From Callorhinchus milii (taxonomy: Eukaryota), in contig NW_024704755.1 in NCBI RefSeq assembly GCF_018977255.1, forward strand, positions 15,686,001 through 15,750,000: a stretch of 64,000 nucleotides of DNA. The letters are read 5' to 3'. Positions 56,801-64,000 of this stretch are shown one piece after another. The notes under the pieces are model-generated. The model searched no databases. It saw only the letters and a program-made list of their open reading frames with translations, and was not told the origin of the DNA. The position numbers and the translations under genes are program-made. Position 1 is the stretch's first letter. Each line of letters opens with the position of its first letter.

Positions 56801-59741
56801 GGAGTCCTGTAGCTCAGTGGTTAAAAGCACTCGCTTTGCAAGCGAGAGACCTGAGTTCAATTCCCGGCAGAGGGCGAAACCTTGGGCAAGTTTCCTTACT
56901 CCACACGCCTAATAATAATCCCTCCAAAAAACCCAAACAATAATAAATTAGTCATTTTCAATCCACGACTGTTTGTGGGACATTGCTGTGCGCAATTGGC
57001 TGCCGCGTTCACCCACAAACATACAGTCAATTCACTTTACAGTGTGTTCTGTGAAGCGCTTTGGGACGTCCTCCCGACGTGAAAAGCCCTATATCAAATG
57101 CAAGGATTATTATTATTATTATGGTAGCATATATCAACATGGTGGGTGAAAATATTGCGGAATATTCCAGCAAAATGTGACATTAAAGATTTTTTTTATT
57201 AAAAAAACCTTTACCAAGACACAAAGAGGAGGAAACCAGGTTGAAAGAATAGACAGACTGCGATCATGATCGGTTTAAGTCATCTTTCAGCAGCAGCTCA
57301 GAAGGAACAAAATACTTTCTCTCATTGTTCTCTTCATGGTCTGAATGCAGGTTCAGCTTGTGGCACATGACATGTGTCCAAATAGTTCTCTTTCTTGATT
57401 CGGAGCACTGGTATATAGAATAGATTTATTTTGGGGTCATTTGTGGATTTTTTAGTTGCAGGAAGGGAGCTCTCCAGCAGAGAGAAGATTGATGATGGGC
57501 AAGTTTATTTACCAATGCCCGTTAGACTACACAACAACAACTTGCACTTATATAGCGCCCTCCATGCAAGGTAGAGTCTCAGAGCGCTTAACAGTGGCAG
57601 AGCCTGACTCTGAGTAGAAGGTGGGGGAGATAGTCATAAGCACGGTCGAAGAGGAAGGTTTTCAGCAGGACTTGAAAAAGGGGAGAGGGGGAGCAAGGTG
57701 GAGGGACTGAGGGAGAGTGTTCCAGAGGTTCAGGGCGTAATGGCTGAAAGCGCGACCTCCGATGCTGGGGCGGAGGATGCGAGGGATGAGCAGGAGACCA
57801 GTACCAGTCAAACAGAAACACCAGGTGGTGGATTGTCGAGTGAGGAAGTCGGAGAGGTAGGAAGCTGCCCGAGAGTGAAGGGATTTGAACATGAGTGTGA
57901 GGATCCTGATTAAGTAATTTGGTTTTGAGTAAGTCAAGTGCGAATCGTTGCCACTAATTTCCCAACTCAAACTTTGAAGTGCCTAAGCCTCCGCTATGGT
58001 CAAACTGCACCTAATGCTTTCCAGCATCTCTTCAGGGAAAGAGGGCAAGAGTTTACATACAAAATACCGTCATTCCACTTTGCAATGAATCCTCTGAAGC
58101 ACTTTGTGATATCCTCCTGACGTTAAAGGAAAAAACTGTTTTTTCATTCCAGCTGCAGGAAAATTTCAATGTGTAGGTGATGTACGTAGGTGGAACTCGC
58201 AGGCTGATTTGGATAATTTTTGGGTTGGTGATGTGTTTCTCCACATGTCAGATACCAGGCTCACCATAAAATAAGATGCCTAGGTTGTTTTCAATTATTG
58301 TACATTTAATGTATGCTGATCATGAAGATTATGCTGCCCTTATCCTGTAGTAGTAAGCTTTTATATTTTATAAATTGTCCCAGGAAGCACTTGGGCATTC
58401 AAACCATTTGTATTCATTCTACCTGTTTTCTTGGGTATATGGACGACATGGAAATTGAATAAACATTTCACTTTTTCAATTTGTTTCATTTCAGGTTTAC
58501 ACAGAAAGCTGAATGGATGTGACATTTGTGGAGATCAGGTAAAGTACAGAATTAATTAGAGAAGATGTTTTCATGTTACAATGGGGTATGATCATCTGTG
58601 TTATAATGTCATCACAATATTTTGAACAGAAACTGGATATTCTTACCATTGTTAACATCGAATGCTGCATTTATTCTCTTCCATTTCTTATAATTCTTTG
58701 CCCCTTCACTGTTACGTTCAAATGTTTTCTATAAGCTATTCATATGCTTAATATATAGCACATGGTGCAATGCAGCACTGTTGCATAAATCTGTGTAACA
58801 CAATGCAAGTGATATGTTAAATATGTGAAATATAGCAGCTAATCTTCATTTCTATTATCCAGCTTTCTGCATTGCTTTACCAGCAGTGGAGAACAGTGAA
58901 TACAAGGAACCAACCAAGTAACCTGATGTTGTGTTTTGCAGAAAGACCATGAAACAATGTATGAGACAGTGGGATATGTCCCATCTGATTTGAATAGTTC
59001 AAACAAGACCTCGAGAAATATATATCCACAGGAAATGCCAGTATGTGCCAAGGTATACAAAATCCTGATACAGAGCCATTATAACTAATATGATATCTTG
59101 CTATATTAAATACAATTGCACTGACATTTATTCTTTAGGGTAAGCTTGTTTGTGTAATGCGATAGTTTTCCTCCTTCTATATTTCATCCTCTCCTCAGGT
59201 GCTTGTCTGGACTCGGTTACGTTTGCAAAGTAGTGTCCAAATAGTCCAAATAGTTATTCCTCGTGTGGCAGCCTCGCCAGTGAATGTAGCAAAATATGTG
59301 ATGCTGGAGAGATCACCAATGGAACGTGTCCACAGCGAGAATAACACACCACTCCCCAGGGAATTAGCACTGACCACAAACTAAGAGATACCAAGTCTAA
59401 TTGCATTGATCCCCGCCAACTGTAATCGCTGGCTTTATATGTCTGAGTTCAGCATTAAGTGATGCTTTACCAGATGAGAAACAGGATCTGAAGATTCAAA
59501 TAGTTACTTTTGGAGATTTCTAAATGCTGACGAAATGAATTAGTAACTGAAATCTCAACCATTACCTTTACAGACCAAACAAGTGGCAGACGGTAACGTG
59601 CTGACGTATGCAAATTTGAACCTGTCTGGCTCCAAAACAAAGGGAAAGGGAAATCCGAAATGCAGTGACACAAAAACAGAGTATGCCCAGATACACGTGA
59701 GAAACCATAGAGCAGCAGAACAGACAAGGAATCAACATTAG
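53894..59741 (+). CDS. Gene E: intact V(J)-C1-TM inhibitory receptor, ~371 aa
   Basis: Exons 53894-53954, 54108-54428, 55679-55990, 56377-56475, 58495-58538, 58942-59052, 59574-59741. 1116 nt in frame. Uncharged TM. Tail motifs TMYETV, LTYANL, TEYAQI. Confidence 0.82.
54108..54428 (+). CDS. Gene E V-set exon
   Basis: 321 nt. VTQQPD..VTFHC..KVYWWK..QDSGVYQC..GSGRGSHLVVL|gtaagt. Confidence 0.92.
54721..54930 (-). mobile_element. 5'-truncated SINE in the gene E V-C1 intron
   Basis: Core and tail. Confidence 0.8.
55679..55990 (+). CDS. Gene E C1-set exon
   Basis: 312 nt. LTLVCETTAFYPENLNFTWYKNG..YICEVSHISL..TVQCSKT. Confidence 0.92.
56377..56475 (+). CDS. Gene E transmembrane exon (uncharged)
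   Basis: GNTSHHILIYGSAGLTFLVLLIIGIACRLTKSK|gtaag. 99 nt, as in D. Confidence 0.85.
56798..57121 (+). mobile_element. Full-length young SINE in a gene E intron
   Basis: Matches the consensus. Confidence 0.9.
57531..57925 (-). mobile_element. L2 3' fragment in a gene E intron
   Basis: GGRAFS..LWNTLPQSL.. followed by the 3' tail. Confidence 0.8.
58495..58538 (+). CDS. Gene E 44-nt juxtamembrane exon
   Basis: GLHRKLNGCDICGDQ|gtaaag. Homologous to D 42842-42885. Confidence 0.75.
58942..59052 (+). CDS. Gene E cytoplasmic module
   Basis: Acceptor gtgttttgcag. KDHETMYETVGYVPSDLNSSNKTSRNIYPQEMPVCAK|gtatac. 111 nt, phase 0-0, homologous to the D modules. Confidence 0.65.
59574..59741 (+). CDS. Gene E last exon (ITIM LTYANL plus ITSM TEYAQI)
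   Basis: Acceptor acctttacag. TKQVADGNVLTYANLNLSGSKTKGKGNPKCSDTKTEYAQIHVRNHRAAEQTRNQH*. Confidence 0.85.
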   Translation, partial: TKQVADGNVLTYANLNLSGSKTKGKGNPKCSDTKTEYAQIHVRNHRAAEQTRNQH

Positions 59742-61599
59742 CATAATGCTGCAAATAGAGGCTGACAGCTGATTGCTGTATGTTGGTATGTGATGCAGAG
59801 AAAATTGCATATCAGGCCTGTTTTGCTATTCTATTAAACATATCTCAAATATATCTGTACTTATTTGTGTCTTTACCTTTTCTGCCCATGGTCACCCAGC
59901 CCCCATTCCCCAGAGGAGTTCCAGATACTTGCCCTCTATTTTAAATCTCTCCACTGTCATGCCCATCCTACATCTGCAACCTTCGTCAACCCTAAAAATC
60001 CACCCTTCCCTCTGCTCAGTGAGCTCTGACCTGCTTCACATTCCCTGTCACACCATCAGCAGTCAGGCTTCCAAACTATCTGCTCACCCTCTCTGGAACT
60101 CCAACCTGAAGCCCATTTGCCTTAAAAAAATATATTGCGCTTTCAAACACTCCATCTCTAAAATAGTAACAAAGTGTTACGTATCATGAGTTAGCTTCAG
60201 ACTTTGTTAATACAGTTAGTCGCAATCAGTGATAAGGTTAAACAGTGGGTGTTCCAATGGTCATGTATTTGCTAAAACACATTGGAACGGAAATACCAGA
60301 AATTTCAAAAGGTGCTATTTTTGCTGTGTTTGCAAGTAACGTATATAATTCCACTGCAAGCGTCTTGCTGCATGTGATTAAATATAGAACATGATTTGTT
60401 ACCCTATGTCCTTCCGTTAGCAGTTAACATTCAGTGTTACTCACTGTGCAGTGATTCTATTTATTGCTGAATGAGTTCGTAAGGTTACACTGAAATTACT
60501 CTTCTCATAAGTTAAATAAGAACATTGCAGTACTATCTTTATTGTCTTAAAATCCGCCCTTCGTAAGGTCAACTTGAAGAAGAAAATGAAGCAAAAGAAA
60601 GGCATTTGAAGTCCATCATATTCCTACATATTATATAATGATATATTTCCAGTTCCACAACCATGATCATTACCAGTGCAAACTATTTGTCACAAGTTAT
60701 ATGTCACCTCCCAATTTGTAGTGTTTCATCTTATTGTATTTAGCAAAGCAGATAGTGTATGGAATTCTGTAAATATTACCATCAATAGATTCCAGCTCAA
60801 TATGGAAGTGGGTGGCATGTGGGCATTTCAGACTGACATGGAAAGGTGTTACATTCAATCCAAAACAAAGCAAAAAAGGGAAAAGGAAAATCACAGAGAA
60901 TGGATTATGAATGAAGATGAGACAGCTGATTTAAATGCAATGTGATTTTAACTGATTAAACTCCAGCAATACCACAACATACATTCTCAGCTCTTGCCTA
61001 TTATTCTCTCCCTCTGTGGCTTATCACAGCATTCTACAGCTACATGAAAGTAATCAGCAAATCCCATATCATGCTTCTTTTTTACATCTCACATAATCCT
61101 CGCCGAGGTGTCCGGATTGCAAGATAATTAGAAAACCTAAACTGAGGAAGAATGTAATGCAGTACATAAAGAGATATCTGAATCAGTAAAACAGAGAAAT
61201 GTGGTGCTGTCCACAGAGACAAAGGTGAAATACTGTTATTAACACATCTTGCTCCTCCCACCTCTCGGACCTCCTAATTCCATATCAGGCCGTCCACTTC
61301 CTGTGCTTGGCGGACACTGGCCTGCTTCAGGTCCCCCACACTTCCCGCTCCACCATTCGTGGTCGGGCATTCAGCATCTCTGCCTCCACACTCTGAACTC
61401 TATCCCGCAATCCCTCCATCACGCTCTTTCTTCCCTCCTTCAAATCCCATCTACAAACCTTCCTCTTGAACCGTGCCTTCAGCCACTTGAATCCACACCC
61501 TTCTGACTGAGATGCGACGGTCCTACTAACTGAGTCAGAAAATAATTGTATTTCAAAATACAACTGGATAATTGCCACTAAAATAATTGAATTCAGGTG

Positions 61600-62890
61600 A
61601 ACTGATGTGAAGCTTTTTGTACTCTATGCGATGCGATGTGTGCCCTGGACAAACACATTGCCTTGTGCATCAAAATCAGTTGCCCGCTCAAAGAACAACC
61701 CCGCAGGACTTCGATGCAGAAAGTACTGCAAGAACACAGCAAAATAAATTGCACTCTCAAAGGACAGTTCGACTGGACTTGGATGCAGAAAGGCATGCAA
61801 GAACACGGCAACATGACATCCAGCAGCGGAGGTCACTCCATTCAACTGTGCTCAACTATGATCCAGGCAGAGACTACTCATCAAATTTGGAATGTTTCAA
61901 ACGTATGTGCCCTCTGTGGAGCCATGAAATGGGCAAAAGAAATTCTTTCCATGTGTTGCTTGCTTGGCCTGGTGAAACCAAGATGACTAACAGAGCCACC
62001 TGAGGTCATAAGGCATCCAAACTGTGGGCATGTGTGGAGAAATGCACCTCAAGACAAACATGTGAGTCCATCTTCATGGCAGTTCCACAGATGGGGCATA
62101 TGCCGACCTCCTTCCGGAAATTGAGGATAGCAAAATCCCAGTGGATCCAACAGATGGCCAAATTGAGAGTCCCAAAGGTTGTGGGACCATTGTACAAGAT
62201 ATAGCAGAGCTCAAAACCAAAGTTTTCCCGAACCGCATCCATAACTACACAAATCATAAGTGTTCATATGAACGAGCAATCCTTGCTCCAAAAAATGAGT
62301 CTGCCAGTGAAATCAGTTTCCAGCGACTCAATGCATCCCTGGCCAAGAAATTGTTTACAAGTCCATAGATATTGTTCCTCACATCGAAAATGCTGTCAAC
62401 TACCCAAGTGAGTTTTTAAACTCTTTGCAACCATCCGGTATGCCTCCGCACAAACTCATAGCAGCTAAGGAATCTAGATGCACCAAAGCTTTGCAATGGC
62501 ACAAGGTAGGTGGTAAACCAGTTGAGGCCACAGGTTGTAGAAGCAACTATTCTGACTGGTCAGTCAAAGGGGAAGAATATATTCATTCCTCGCATCCCAC
62601 TGCTCCCAAATGATAGCCAGTTTGAGTTCAAAAGTCTCCAATTCCCTGTTCGAGTGTGCTTTACCATGTCAATTAACAAGGCACAGAGGCAGAGCTTAAA
62701 GGTTGCTGGTGTTTTCTTGAATACACCCTGCTCTTCCAATGGATTTTGTATCTTGGATGCTCACGTGTGCATTCACTTCAATACCTGTACATCATGGCCA
62801 AAGTAGGAAAAACTGCAAATATATACACGGAAGCCTTGCAATAACTCGAGTATCCGTCAGATCGCACAGTAAACCCCCTCAATTAGTGTA
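61600..62890 (+). mobile_element. Internally deleted Helitron (N-terminal Zn-finger region joined to the Pif1-helicase C-terminus)
   Basis: CALCGAMKWAKE..MCC..G (N-terminal motif), RAILAPKN, YPSEFLNSLQPSGMPPHKL (62401-62457), FIPRIPL..FKSLQFPVRVCFTMSINKAQ.QSL. Degenerate 3' hairpin/TTAG near 62855-62886. Confidence 0.85.
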
Positions 62891-63304
62891 GCTTTCATAG
62901 GAACTTCTATCGTTGATGAGCTATGACCCAAACAAGCTCATTGCACATGTATGGTAGTTTTGCTTAAGTTGCACACACAGTGTTTATGGGATGTTAGATG
63001 GTTTGTGAGTGGTATCACTGAAATCTACATTCAATATTGGATCCTTTGGTTGCAAGGATAATAATCCTTGCATTTGGTATAATGCCTTTCTGGTTGGGAG
63101 GATGTCCCAAAGCACTACACATGATTATTGCAAAGTGTAGTGACTGTATTTGTAGACAAACACAGAAGCCCAATTACTCCCAGCTACGTCCCACAAACCA
63201 GCATGAAAGGTATGACCAGTTTTAATTTGAGGGATTGTTGGCCAGGACACTGTGCAAACCTTCCTTCTCTTTTAAAGTATGCCTTTGGATCTTTAATGAC
63301 CAGA

Positions 63305-63680
63305 TTGCTGTAGCTCAGCAGAGTCCTATAGCACAATCATCAACGCACTGGACTCGCAAGCCAGAGACCTGGGTTCTATTCCCGGCAGGGCAAAATGTTG
63401 GGCAAGATTGCTTACTCCACACACCGCTGCTTACGTAGCAGTAAGCAGGAACCTCGTTGTTAGTCAATTGACGGATGGCTTTTCCGGGGATTATAATCTT
63501 CTCTAAAAAAATATAAATTGGTCACTCAATCCACAACTGTTTGTGGAACACTGCAGTGCGCAATTGGCTGCCACGTTTTGCCCACAAATATAAAGTCAAT
63601 TCATTTTACAGTATATTTTGTGAAACATTTTGAGACATCTAGAAGACATGAAAAGACATGCAAGAATATTATTATATTAT
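63305..63680 (+). mobile_element. SINE, long subfamily (decayed)
   Basis: Head, extra segment and core. Confidence 0.7.
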
Positions 63681-64000
63681 TATCTTGTTTAACATCTCAT
63701 CCTAAAGACCACACCTTTGACAATGCATCATACCCCCAACACCGCATTGGAATGTCAATGTAGACTATGTGAGTTCAAGAATGTGCACAATGTGTGAAGA
63801 AGTGAAATTGAGAAATGGAGAGCAACAAATACTCTGAATGGGAATAAGTATTGCATAATTTTAGAGAGGACAGTAATATTGTTCACCTCCAAATGCTTTT
63901 GCACTGCGTCTGGATTTCATGGTTTGGATATTCTGTCCTCGGTTTTACCAGCGGATGTAAATTATCCAGCTACTCTGGCCCGCTGCCACTCTAAGGATTT

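Noticed and set aside
1-64000. CRISPR arrays, rRNA genes or prokaryotic systems
   Set aside because: None seen. The window is intron-containing vertebrate DNA, and its repeats are retroposons and microsatellite tails.

Overview
Vertebrate genomic DNA, most likely from a cartilaginous fish (inferred from the Deu-type SINE, L2 and CR1 repeat content and from the gene family). Reading splice sites by hand shows a tandem cluster of non-rearranging immunoglobulin-superfamily receptor genes. Each has the exon plan leader / V domain with an in-exon J-like GxG strand / one C1 domain / TM / cytoplasmic exons, which is SIRP-like and antigen-receptor-like. Order: gene A (only its ITIM-bearing last exon, 177-329); pseudogene psi1 (4466-5463); gene B (9142-12863, Arg in the TM, tyrosine-free tail, activating type); an orphan promoter (~13.8 kb); gene C (19785-24884, uncharged TM core, almost no tail); inverted pseudogene psi2 (35462-35990); gene D (40266-44974, three tandem ITIM/ITSM exon modules, with a 1-bp frameshift in C1 as sequenced); gene E (53894-59741, intact inhibitory type). 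B and D have V exons identical at 318 of 321 nt but opposite signalling ends, the signature of a paired receptor. B appears to have gained its leader and V exon as a ~1.1-kb cassette from a D-like gene, replacing its own V exon. The inhibitory tails are built from phase-0 exon modules whose splice donor sits on the last codon (Val) of the ITSM. The rest of the window is SINE, L2, CR1, RTEX, Helitron and MITE debris, plus a few unexplained decayed coding-like islands. Gene names A-E are my labels. All coordinates and translations were done by eye and no database searches were run.
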